Of a stretch of 64,000 nt of DNA, positions 50,636 to 59,853 are shown one piece after another; within the stretch, counting starts at the first letter, position 1; every line of letters begins with the position of its first letter. This DNA is from Verrucomicrobiota bacterium (lineage in GTDB: Bacteria > Verrucomicrobiota > Verrucomicrobiia > Limisphaerales > AAA164-E04), in assembly GCA_047947115.1 (NCBI GenBank), contig CP170459.1:4896001-4960000 (forward strand), in the 5' to 3' direction. The translations under genes and the position numbers were made by a program. The notes beneath the pieces were generated by a model, which saw only the letters and a list, made by a program, of their open reading frames with translations, made no database searches and was not told where the DNA came from.

Positions 50636-52396
50636 ATGGAACCTTACAACACTGTGCTGCCCAAACTGATCGAATCCCAACTTCGACAAGCCATTCTGGA
50701 AACTTTTCCAGATGCGGATCCGAGCCTGATTCAGTTGCAGATCTGCACGAATCCCAAATTTGGTGATTACCAGTGCACATCCGTGATGGCCATCGCCAAA
50801 CAGAGGAAAACCAATCCACGTGAATGCGCTCAACAAGTGCTCGAAAGACTGGATTTATCCGACATTGCGGAGGAGCTGCAGTTGGCTGGCCCAGGATTCA
50901 TCAACATCCGCCTGAAACAATCGGCCGTCCAGTCCGCCCTGCTCCAGGCAGCCAGAAGCGGCAGCCATTTTGTCGCCAGGACTTCAACACCTATAACTTC
51001 CGTCATTGATTTCAGTTCCCCGAATGTCGCCAAACCGATGCACGTGGGGCATATTCGGTCCACAATCCTGGGTGACTGCCTGGCCCGCATTCTCCGGTTT
51101 CTGGGACACAATGTGATCACAGACAACCACATCGGGGACTGGGGAACGCAGTTTGGCAAATTGTTGATCGGGTGGAAACATCACTTGGACCGTTCAGCAT
51201 TGGAAGCCGACGCCCTGGGGGAGCTGGAGCGTCTGTACCGAAAAATCAACGCTGACTGCGAAGAAAATGAGGCGGTCCTGGAGTCCGCCCGTCAGGAGCT
51301 GGTCAAATTGCAGAAGGGTGATCAGGAAAACCTCGACATCTGGAAAGAGATGCAGGAGCTGTCCAAAAAGCAGTTTGAAACCGTTTACAACCGCCTGGAC
51401 ATCCGATTTGACCATACCCTTGGGGAAAGCTTTTACAACGACCAATTGCAGGATGTGGTGAAGGATCTTTCGGAAAAGAACATAGCCACCGAAAGTCAGG
51501 GAGCAAAAGTCGTGTTCTTTGAGGACGTCGAGGCGTTGAAAGATCATCCAGCCCTCATCCTCAAAAGCGATGGCGGAGCCAACTACACCACCACGGATCT
51601 GGCGACTCTCGATTATCGACTTGAAACTTGGAAACCTGACGAGATTGTTTACGTTACGGATAGTCGCCAGCAGTTGCATTTCAAACAATTGTTCGAAATT
51701 TTCGGACGCTGGAAACCTGAGGCAAAGGTCAAGCTCCGTCACACCTGGTTTGGATCCATTCTCGGTCCGGACGGCAAACCCTTCAAAACACGATCGGGTG
51801 ACACCGTTAAGTTGAACGACTTGCTGGATGAAGCGGAAGAACGCGCCTTGAAGGCCGTACGGGAGAAGAATCCGGATCTTGATCAGGACGCCGCCAAGGA
51901 AATCGCCCGCATCCTGGGAATCGGAGCCATCAAATACGCGGATCTCCTGCCCAACCGACAGACCGATTATGTTTTTGATTGGGACAAGTTGCTTTCATTG
52001 AGTGGAAACACCGCCCCTTATTTACAATACGCCTGCACCCGCATTCGAAGCATTTTCCGCAAGGCGAACCTGGATGAAACCACTTTTCTGGATAGCCTGG
52101 GAGAGGATGCCGCATTTGAATTGAAACTGGATTCGGATTTTGAAAACAAACTGGCACGTCATTTGATCCATTTCAGTCAAGTGCTGGATTCCGTACTCGA
52201 AGATCATCGTCCCAACTACCTCTGCAACTACCTTTACGAATTGGCCGGGCACTATACGTCGTTCTACGAAAACTGTCCTGTGCTCAAATCGGAAGGCGAT
52301 GTCAAAACAACCCGCTTGGTCCTTTGCTCCCTGACGCGTCAGGTTCTGGCAAAAGGTCTCTCGCTCCTCGGCATCGAGACACCAGAGATGATGTAA
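50636..52396 (+). CDS. argS: Arginine--tRNA ligase
   Basis: FGDYQ, GPGFIN, SSPNVAKPMHVGHIRS, GDWGTQFG, FKTRSG, GNTAPYLQYA. Confidence 0.97.
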   Translation: MEPYNTVLPKLIESQLRQAILETFPDADPSLIQLQICTNPKFGDYQCTSVMAIAKQRKTNPRECAQQVLERLDLSDIAEELQLAGPGFINIRLKQSAVQSALLQAARSGSHFVARTSTPITSVIDFSSPNVAKPMHVGHIRSTILGDCLARILRFLGHNVITDNHIGDWGTQFGKLLIGWKHHLDRSALEADALGELERLYRKINADCEENEAVLESARQELVKLQKGDQENLDIWKEMQELSKKQFETVYNRLDIRFDHTLGESFYNDQLQDVVKDLSEKNIATESQGAKVVFFEDVEALKDHPALILKSDGGANYTTTDLATLDYRLETWKPDEIVYVTDSRQQLHFKQLFEIFGRWKPEAKVKLRHTWFGSILGPDGKPFKTRSGDTVKLNDLLDEAEERALKAVREKNPDLDQDAAKEIARILGIGAIKYADLLPNRQTDYVFDWDKLLSLSGNTAPYLQYACTRIRSIFRKANLDETTFLDSLGEDAAFELKLDSDFENKLARHLIHFSQVLDSVLEDHRPNYLCNYLYELAGHYTSFYENCPVLKSEGDVKTTRLVLCSLTRQVLAKGLSLLGIETPEMM

Positions 52397-52405
52397 ACCG
52401 GTCCT

Positions 52406-53089
52406 TCATCCTTTGCACTTCAGGGCATGTTTCAGGAGCAAGTCAAACAAACAGGAACGGTCTGCAGCTGATTCAGGTTTAGCTCCATTTTTCAGAAATA
52501 ACTCAAAACCATCCCCCAAGGCCGGACCGTTGAGGATGCAGGCATCTGTTTGGCAAGTAGCGAGTTGATGCATCACTTTTTGGCATAAATCCGGATAACT
52601 CCCCTCAACCTCGTACTTCCAGCCGGCGATCCAGGCTTCAGGAAACCATCCCCGCAGTTGCTTGATAATTTTTGGAGTCGGGATCAATTTCGCCAAAACA
52701 TCTCCTTCGCGGGTCGAAACCTTGCCTGATTTCAGGGATTCCAATTCACCCGAACTCGTTTGCCGATACAGCCCCCCCACAGCAAAATCACTCACGGCAG
52801 CAGCATGAAAGATGGCGTCCACTTTTTCCCGCGCCAGCTCTTCCAGTTGTGCAGACAAATCGGCTGTGGTCGTAAATATTTGTCTCCTGTCTGCCAGAAA
52901 GCCCCCCCCATAAGTTACGTAATACCCAGTCAACAAGGTAACCCTGATCCCCCTGGACATCAGGTACCCGGCAAGCTGGGCGCCAAGAGAACCGGTGGAA
53001 AAATTGGTCAAACGACGCACCTGATCCAGCGGCTCGAAGGTTGGACCGGCTGTGATAACCACATGGAATGGATCCCGAGGTGCAGTCAT
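52406..53089 (-). CDS. coaB: Phosphopantothenate--cysteine ligase, stand-alone CoaB
   Basis: VITAGPTFEPLDQVRRLTNFSTG, HAAAVSDF, PTPKII; no CoaC flavoprotein half. Confidence 0.85.
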   Translation of the reverse strand: MTAPRDPFHVVITAGPTFEPLDQVRRLTNFSTGSLGAQLAGYLMSRGIRVTLLTGYYVTYGGGFLADRRQIFTTTADLSAQLEELAREKVDAIFHAAAVSDFAVGGLYRQTSSGELESLKSGKVSTREGDVLAKLIPTPKIIKQLRGWFPEAWIAGWKYEVEGSYPDLCQKVMHQLATCQTDACILNGPALGDGFELFLKNGAKPESAADRSCLFDLLLKHALKCKG

Positions 53090-53249
53090 GACAAGAGAAC
53101 TGGTCGGAAATAACCGACCCGAATTTGGATTGTTACAAACTGATCATATCTTGCGATTACCACAATTTTCGTTCCTTTGCTGCTTGTTAACTCGATTTAA
53201 AATTCATTATGATCCCTCAGTTCTGGTTGAACATAACCAAAGGCAAGCT

Positions 53250-54563
53250 ATGGCATCAAATCCGATTTTTTCAGCATCTTTCCTGTCGCAAAACGTGTTA
53301 AGCGTCATCCTTGGTGGCGGCGCGGGAACACGATTGTTTCCACTCACCAAAGAGCGCAGCAAACCTGCCGTGCCCCTGGGAGGTAAATACCGACTGGTGG
53401 ATGTACCGATTTCCAACTGCATCAACTCCGGGATGCATCGGATATTTGTCATGACGCAATTCCTGTCGGCATCCTTGCACCGACACATCTCCCAATCCTA
53501 CAAATTCGATCATTTCTCACGTGGATTCGTTGAAATCCTTGCGGCCGAACAAACCCCGACCAGCACTTCGTGGTACGAGGGAACCGCAGATGCCGTCCGC
53601 AAGAACCTGATGCATCTGACCAGCCAACCATTCGAATACCTCATCATCCTCAGCGGTGACCAACTCTACCGCATGAATTATCTGGAGATGCTGGCCCACC
53701 ACATCGAGAAGGGAGCCGAATTGACAGTGGCCACCATTCCCGTGGAAAAAGACTGGGTGGATGGATTCGGCATCATGCAGATGAACGACGCCCACGAAAT
53801 CACTCGATTTGTTGAAAAGCCCAAAGATCCGGATCTGCAAGAAGAGCTCAAAATGCCCCGGGACTGGTACGGTAAATTGGACATCGAATCGGAAGCCGAT
53901 CTCTGGCTTGCGTCCATGGGGATTTATATTTTCAATCGCAAAACATTGCTGGAGTTGCTGGACAATTCCCACACGGACTTCGGTAAGCACATCATCCCGG
54001 AAGCCATTAAAACGCACAAAGTGGCTTCTTATGTATATCAGGGCTATTGGGAAGACGTAGGAACCATCAAGGCATTTTTTGAAGCTAATTTGGACCTCAC
54101 CTCTGTGATACCCAAGTTTAATTTCTTTGACATGCAGTCACCCGTGTTCACCCGCCCCAGATTTTTGCCGGCCAGTAAAGTCAATGGCGGACAGATCGAA
54201 TCAACCCTGCTTTCGGATGGTTGCATCGTTCATAAAGCCAAATTGAAAGATTGCATGCTGGGAATTCGAAGTATCGTCGGAGCGGACACCGAAATGGAGC
54301 GTGTGGTCATGATGGGAGGCGATTTTTACGAGTCTCAGGAATCCATCGCCAGACATGCACAGGAAGGTAAACCCGCCATCGGCATCGGTCCACGCACCAA
54401 AATCTACAATGCCATTATCGACAAGGGCGCACGTATCGGCAAGGACTGCGTCATCACTCCCAAAGGGAAGCCGCCCGAGATGGATCATGAGCTTTACCAC
54501 ATAAGAGACGGCATCGTGATCATCCCCAAGAACGCCATCGTACCGGACGGCACGGTCATTTGA
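53250..54563 (+). CDS. glgC: Glucose-1-phosphate adenylyltransferase
   Basis: LGGGAGTRLFPLTKERSKPAVP, WYEGTADAV, FVEKP, ASMGIY, DFGKHII, YWEDVGT. Confidence 0.97.
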   Translation: MASNPIFSASFLSQNVLSVILGGGAGTRLFPLTKERSKPAVPLGGKYRLVDVPISNCINSGMHRIFVMTQFLSASLHRHISQSYKFDHFSRGFVEILAAEQTPTSTSWYEGTADAVRKNLMHLTSQPFEYLIILSGDQLYRMNYLEMLAHHIEKGAELTVATIPVEKDWVDGFGIMQMNDAHEITRFVEKPKDPDLQEELKMPRDWYGKLDIESEADLWLASMGIYIFNRKTLLELLDNSHTDFGKHIIPEAIKTHKVASYVYQGYWEDVGTIKAFFEANLDLTSVIPKFNFFDMQSPVFTRPRFLPASKVNGGQIESTLLSDGCIVHKAKLKDCMLGIRSIVGADTEMERVVMMGGDFYESQESIARHAQEGKPAIGIGPRTKIYNAIIDKGARIGKDCVITPKGKPPEMDHELYHIRDGIVIIPKNAIVPDGTVI

Positions 54564-54603
54564 TCATCGACGGACTCAAACTATTTCGTCATTCTTGAAG
54601 GAT

Positions 54604-56541
54604 ATGGGACAAAAAGAGCCAGGTATCTCGCTGTTAACCGATGATGATCTTCATTTGTTCAATGAAGGCAGTCATTTTCATTTGTATGAAAAACTGGGCA
54701 ATCACGCGGTCGAATGCAAGGGAAAACCGGGAGTCTATTTTGCCGTTTGGGCGCCCAATGCGGAATCAGTCCATGTGATGGGCGATTTCAATCAATGGTC
54801 CCGCTCAAAACATCCCCTGTCCCCGAAGGGACATTCCGGGATCTGGGAAGGTTTCATCGCCGGAATAGAGACCGGCAACTGTTACAAATACTATGTCCAA
54901 TCCAAATGGAATGGATATAAAGTAGAGAAAGCCGATCCATTTGCATCCTGGCACGAAATCCCGCCCAAGACCGGTTCTGTCATCTGGGGGTCTGAACACG
55001 AATGGAAAGATCAGTCATGGATGGAAAAGCGCAAGAATCGCACAAGCCACAAGGCTCCGGTCAGTGTGTATGAAGTTCATCTGGGCTCATGGAAACGCGA
55101 TCCAAATGATCCCAGCCGCCTGCTTTCTTATCGTGAACTGGCTCCCATGCTGGTGGATTACATCAAGGAAACCGGCTTCACGCATGTGGAATTCCTGCCC
55201 CTTATGGAACATCCCTTTTACGGTTCCTGGGGATATCAGCTGACCGGTTTTTTTGCTGCATCCAGTCGATACGGCACACCAGAAGATTTCGCATTTCTGG
55301 TCGATTTACTGCACCAGAACGACATTGGTGTCATTCTGGACTGGGTACCGTCCCATTTCCCAAACGACGCCCATGGCCTGGCCTATTTTGATGGAACACA
55401 TCTGTTCGAACACGAAGATCCCAAACAGGGATTTCATCCGGATTGGAAAAGCTACATTTTCAACTATGGACGCCATGAAGTGCGAAGCTTCCTAATCAGC
55501 AGCGCTTTTTACTGGCTGGATCGGTTCCACATCGACGGACTGCGTGTCGACGCGGTGGCCTCAATGCTCTATTTGGATTACTCACGTCAGGACGGCGAAT
55601 GGATACCCAACCAGCATGGCGGCAATGAAAATCTGGAAGCCATCGAATTCCTGAAGCGACTCAATACAGAGGTCTACCAACACTTCCCGGGCGTGCAAAT
55701 GATCGCTGAAGAATCCACCGCCTGGCCCATGGTGTCCCGTCCCCTCTACCTGGGCGGATTGGGGTTCGGGTATAAATGGGACATGGGGTGGATGCATGAT
55801 TCGCTCAGTTATATCAGTCACGACGCGGTCTACCGCAAATACCACCACCATCAATTGACCTTCCGCGGACTGTATGCCTTTTCCGAAAACTACATGCTTC
55901 CCCTTTCCCACGACGAGGTGGTCCACGGAAAAGGTTCGCTGGTGGAAAAAATGCCCGGCGACAATTGGCAGAAATTTGCCAACCTGAGACTGCTCTTTGC
56001 CAACATGTTCGGTCAACCCGCGAAAAAGCTCGTTTTCATGGGCGGGGAATTCGGGCAGTGGCGCGAATGGAATCACGACGCCAGTCTGGACTGGCATCTC
56101 CTGGACCACGCCAAGCACAAAGGTGTCAAGCAGTGGGTCAGAGACCTTAATCTTGCCTATCGCCGGGAATCCGCATTACACGCGTTTGACTGTGATTCGG
56201 GTGGATTTGACTGGGTGGATTGCGACAATGCCGACGAAAGCATTATCAGTTGGGAACGCACCAACCCGGAAACCGGCGAAATCATCCTCGTCGTACTGAA
56301 CTACACACCTGTTGTTCGAGAAACATACCGCGTCGGTGTCAAGCAAGGTGGATTCTGGAGCGAAATCCTGAATAGCGACGCACCGGACTACGGAGGCACC
56401 GGCGTCGGCAATCTGGGCGGGGTGAGCACAGAAGACTTTGGATGGCATTGGCGCCCCTACTGCCTGACCATCGCCCTCCCTCCTCTGGGAGCCGTGTTTT
56501 TCAAATACGAAGGCAAAGGGAAGCCTTCAGTTAAGTCCTGA
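54604..56541 (+). CDS. glgB: 1,4-alpha-glucan branching enzyme
   Basis: FAVWAPNA, YEVHLGSW, SWGYQ, DWVPSHFP, DGLRVDAVASM, AEEST, LSHDEVVHGK. Confidence 0.97.
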   Translation: MGQKEPGISLLTDDDLHLFNEGSHFHLYEKLGNHAVECKGKPGVYFAVWAPNAESVHVMGDFNQWSRSKHPLSPKGHSGIWEGFIAGIETGNCYKYYVQSKWNGYKVEKADPFASWHEIPPKTGSVIWGSEHEWKDQSWMEKRKNRTSHKAPVSVYEVHLGSWKRDPNDPSRLLSYRELAPMLVDYIKETGFTHVEFLPLMEHPFYGSWGYQLTGFFAASSRYGTPEDFAFLVDLLHQNDIGVILDWVPSHFPNDAHGLAYFDGTHLFEHEDPKQGFHPDWKSYIFNYGRHEVRSFLISSAFYWLDRFHIDGLRVDAVASMLYLDYSRQDGEWIPNQHGGNENLEAIEFLKRLNTEVYQHFPGVQMIAEESTAWPMVSRPLYLGGLGFGYKWDMGWMHDSLSYISHDAVYRKYHHHQLTFRGLYAFSENYMLPLSHDEVVHGKGSLVEKMPGDNWQKFANLRLLFANMFGQPAKKLVFMGGEFGQWREWNHDASLDWHLLDHAKHKGVKQWVRDLNLAYRRESALHAFDCDSGGFDWVDCDNADESIISWERTNPETGEIILVVLNYTPVVRETYRVGVKQGGFWSEILNSDAPDYGGTGVGNLGGVSTEDFGWHWRPYCLTIALPPLGAVFFKYEGKGKPSVKS

Positions 56542-56587
56542 AGGCTTGCAGAACAAACGTCGCAGGCAGATTGGATAATCCCTCGGA

Positions 56588-56992
56588 TCAAGGATCAACG
56601 GTGATCCGTTGCCAACTGATTCCCTGGGACTTGGCATACTTTTCAAAAGCCCGTTCATTTTGCATAATGACAGCGCGCACCACGCTGGAGTCGTCCGCGT
56701 GCCCGAGGTCCACAATGGAATCCGGGATGATATCCACCTTCTTGTGGGCATAAGTCAGTGCAAACACCGCCTCAGCCAGGGCGAAATAAGGTAATTCCTT
56801 ATAGACACCCTCAAAACTATCCTCCACCGCATTGGCCAAGAACTCCAACTGATCCACCAAATGCGGGTATTTGGGCGCTTCAATTTGTGTAAACTCAGCC
56901 TTCCAAACGGGAATATGTCGAATAACGTCCTCCACCACGGAAGGCGTTATCAGCGATGCCCCATTATTAACAAAACGAACAAACTCAGCCAT
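56588..56992 (-). CDS. YkvA/DUF1232-family protein
   Basis: ALTY...VDIIPDSI..LGHADD motif. Confidence 0.75.
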   Translation of the reverse strand: MAEFVRFVNNGASLITPSVVEDVIRHIPVWKAEFTQIEAPKYPHLVDQLEFLANAVEDSFEGVYKELPYFALAEAVFALTYAHKKVDIIPDSIVDLGHADDSSVVRAVIMQNERAFEKYAKSQGISWQRITVDP

Positions 56993-57064
56993 AAGAGAAT
57001 TCTAAAAGCACCCCCAGCCCAAAGTAAACCTGAATTTCACCCTCCTGGAAAAAGAATCACTTGA

Positions 57065-57217
57065 GGCATACGGTAGCTACAGCGGGGCTCCTTCTGGCGA
57101 AGGAACCTACGTCAGATAGAACGTATCAGGCTGTCCCGCGACTGCGTGGATCTTGATGCGATCCTCGTGGTTACCGAGCTTATTATGCTCTCCGGTTTGT
57201 GAAGCCCTAAGCATGCC
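57065..57217 (-). ncRNA. Candidate multi-stem structured RNA (family unknown)
   Basis: Several nested hairpins in an intergenic gap; G-U wobble pairs favour the minus strand; sigma54-like TGGCATG-N4-GGGCT at 57218-57203. Confidence 0.45.
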
Positions 57218-57332
57218 AATCCCCTATCGCCTTTTCGCGCGCGAAAACGGAACTTTCTCAAAAAGGCTCCTACGAAGTAATTGGATCCTGTTCATCTCGT
57301 ATATCTCGAGACTTCGGTGGCTGCCTAAAAAA

Positions 57333-58424
57333 TCACTGACTTTCGGATGAGGTGTGGCGTTTCAGGATTTGGTCGATGGCCCATTGGGCGTGCTCGGCAA
57401 TCAGGGGTTCCGGTTCACATTTGGCTTTTTCGAGAGCTGGCAGGGCTTGTTCGTCTCCAACGTTGCCTAAAGCCACACAAACGTTTCGTAACAAGCCTCG
57501 CCGCTTGCTTCTCATCATGGGAGTGCCCTGAAATGACTTCTTGAACTGTTCATCATCCAGTTCAAGCAAGGCAAGTAGGTCTGGTCGCTTCAAATCATCC
57601 CTGCGTGCTGAGTGCATCAAGTTCCCTTCCCTAGCGAACCGGTTCCAGGGACAAACTGCCAGACAGTCATCACACCCAAAAATACGATCTCCAATGGAGG
57701 ATCGCAGATCTTCAGGAATCGATCCTTTCAGTTCAATGGTCAGATAGGAAATACACCGACGGGCATCTAGCTTGAAAGGTTCCAAAATCGCATCGGTCGG
57801 ACAGGCATGGAGGCAGCGGGTGCAGGTTCCACAACGATTTTTCTCCGGTTCATCCGGTTTTAGATCAAGTGTTGTGAGGATTTCTCCCAGGAAAAACCAG
57901 TTTCCAAGATCCCGACTGATCACATTGGTGTGTTTCCCCACAAAGCCCAAACCGCTGCGCTGCGCCAAATCGCGTTCCATGATCGGCCCGGTATCCATGT
58001 AGTAGAGATGATTTTCATCCGGACCGACCATTGATTGGATAGTTTCAACCAGACGCACCAAAGCTGGCTTGAGGACATCATGATAGTCCTCATACCTGGC
58101 ATATCGGGCAACTGTACCCTTTGCACCGACTGGCATTTCACCGATTTCATCGACTCCAGAATCTCCCGGAAAATAAGAAACCGCCAGGGTGATGACGCTC
58201 TTAACCTGAGGGAGTACTGTGGATAAATCAGCTTTTTTTGCGGAATGACGGGCGAGGTATTCCATTTTCCCATGCATTCCCGCATCAACCCAGGACCGAT
58301 AGGATGGCCATGTCCCGGGTGTGCGGGCGTGGGTAAAACGACAGTGATCAAAACCTAATTCGATGGCCTGTTGTCGGATGCAATCTTCAAGCGTTCCCGT
58401 TTTAAAACAATTCATAGCCAACAT
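57333..58424 (-). CDS. queG: Epoxyqueuosine reductase
   Basis: GMHGKMEYL, ARYARYEDYH, DTGPIMER, CGTCTRCLHACPT, RCISYLTIE, FGCDDCLAVCPWN. Confidence 0.95.
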   Translation of the reverse strand: MLAMNCFKTGTLEDCIRQQAIELGFDHCRFTHARTPGTWPSYRSWVDAGMHGKMEYLARHSAKKADLSTVLPQVKSVITLAVSYFPGDSGVDEIGEMPVGAKGTVARYARYEDYHDVLKPALVRLVETIQSMVGPDENHLYYMDTGPIMERDLAQRSGLGFVGKHTNVISRDLGNWFFLGEILTTLDLKPDEPEKNRCGTCTRCLHACPTDAILEPFKLDARRCISYLTIELKGSIPEDLRSSIGDRIFGCDDCLAVCPWNRFAREGNLMHSARRDDLKRPDLLALLELDDEQFKKSFQGTPMMRSKRRGLLRNVCVALGNVGDEQALPALEKAKCEPEPLIAEHAQWAIDQILKRHTSSESQ

Positions 58425-58434
58425 GCTACCCGTT

Positions 58435-58989
58435 TCAAGCCTCTCCTTCACCGGATTCACGCCTTTGCACCTGACGGAACTGGCGAACGACAATCTGGCT
58501 AATTTGTCGCATGGGTCGGGTTTCAGTATTAATCATCAAATCCGCAGCCTGATAGAATACCTTTCGTTTAGCCAGCAAGTTGGTGATCGTTCCCAGGGGA
58601 TCTTCAGTTTGCAACAGGGGGCGGTGAGATTGCCTCTTAACCCGGTTGAATATCGTCTGAGGCGAAGCCCACAGGCATACGACAAAGGCATGTTGTTTCA
58701 GGTGATCAATATTGTCCTCGTAAGTCACCAGGCCTCCCCCCGTAGAGATCACGCAGTGGTTCCAGGATTTCATTTCCATGACCAAATCTCGCTCCAACCG
58801 ACGAAAATGGTCTTCACCGTGCTCTGCAAATATTTGTGCGATACTTGTTTTTTGGCGCTGCTCAATGATTTCATCCGTATCGACAAAACGATAGTTGAGA
58901 AAATCGGCAAAATGACGCCCCATTGTGGACTTACCGACTCCCATGAAGCCGATCAAGGCAAGATTACGAATGTGACGTTCTGCATACAC
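58435..58989 (-). CDS. aroK: Shikimate kinase
   Basis: LIGFMGVGKST, DTD, GEDHFRRLE, ISTGGG, RPLL. Confidence 0.95.
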   Translation of the reverse strand: MYAERHIRNLALIGFMGVGKSTMGRHFADFLNYRFVDTDEIIEQRQKTSIAQIFAEHGEDHFRRLERDLVMEMKSWNHCVISTGGGLVTYEDNIDHLKQHAFVVCLWASPQTIFNRVKRQSHRPLLQTEDPLGTITNLLAKRKVFYQAADLMINTETRPMRQISQIVVRQFRQVQRRESGEGEA

Positions 58990-59139
58990 ACCTTTTGGTT
59001 ACATTAGTTTGAGACCGGAACCAAGGCGGAAATGAGTCCAATCAAACAAGCCACAAAGCTGGAGCATCATCCGGAGTATTCAAAATGCATTCATTGCACG
59101 CTCCACCAACAGCTCAAGATCGCAAAGCCTTCCCTTCTT

Positions 59140-59350
59140 CAGGAAGGAGTGGCCGGGAGAGGATGGAGGAATCCCGGCCACTCTGAGCCTGAATACACAT
59201 GACTTCTGTCATATGTGGGTTTCCGTAGAGTCTCACTTAGGAAAGACCCTGTGAGTGACCGGGCTGAAGCTTCTAGGTTGCACCCTACTTGAAGCAAAAA
59301 GTTTAAAACCCGGTCACTCATTGGCCTGATAACAGTGAGTGGATCACCCG
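59140..59350 (-). ncRNA. Candidate ~210-nt sRNA: long rod, short hairpin and a terminal hairpin with a C-rich loop
   Basis: 12-bp stems TGAGTGACCGGG/CCCGGTCACTCA and GAGTGGCCGGGA/TCCCGGCCACTC; minus-strand TTGACC-17-CATGCT promoter immediately upstream. Confidence 0.55.
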
Positions 59351-59438
59351 GTGCAAAGCATGCATCAACCCCACACATAGGTCAATAGATAATTTTTCGC
59401 AACTTACTGCTTTTTAATTGCTTCCATATTTTTTGAGC

Positions 59439-59523
59439 GTCGGTTTTTCAATATTTTGTCGGTTTTTCAATATTTTGTCGCTTTTCAATAACTCAGATTA
59501 TTGGTTTTGTCGGTTTTTCGATA
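59439..59523. repeat. Four-copy array of GTCGGTTTTTC(A/G)ATA: two exact 19-bp tandem units and two variants
   Basis: 59439-59457 and 59458-59476 identical; variants at 59477-59490 and 59509-59523. Confidence 0.85.
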
Positions 59524-59853
59524 CTTTCGTAACAAATTCTCATTTTCCACGATTAGAAAAAATGGGCAGAAAAAAATGAATGTTTTTCAATTTTTTCCCT
59601 TCATCCTTGTTTCATCCCCTCCTCAAGTCCCGTTTTTCATGTTCAACATTCTGAATTTCATCACCTATTCCTTTTTCTTAAGTCTGGCAGGCGGATTCCA
59701 CATGGTCTTGAAATCGGCATTGTTCGTGAAATAAAGAATCCGGTCTCGGAACTGAATCTGTTCCCGATCGTTGAATCTTTGCCCCAAGAAGAACGCTTGA
59801 CCGACACGCCTTTTTGTGCGGGACTTATCCGCAATCCCAACTGCTTTCGAATC

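Noticed and set aside
57128..57146. Cobalamin riboswitch-like string GGCTGTCCCGCGACTG
   Set aside because: Other conserved elements (GGGAA..GGTG..AATCC and the B12 box) are missing, and no gene lies downstream on that strand.
59217..59349. 6S RNA or SRP RNA assignment for the rod
   Set aside because: No large central bubble and no SRP helix-8 motif seen; left unassigned pending cmscan.
59439..59523. Possible CRISPR array
   Set aside because: Units are directly tandem, 19 bp or shorter, with no unique spacers; no cas genes in the window.
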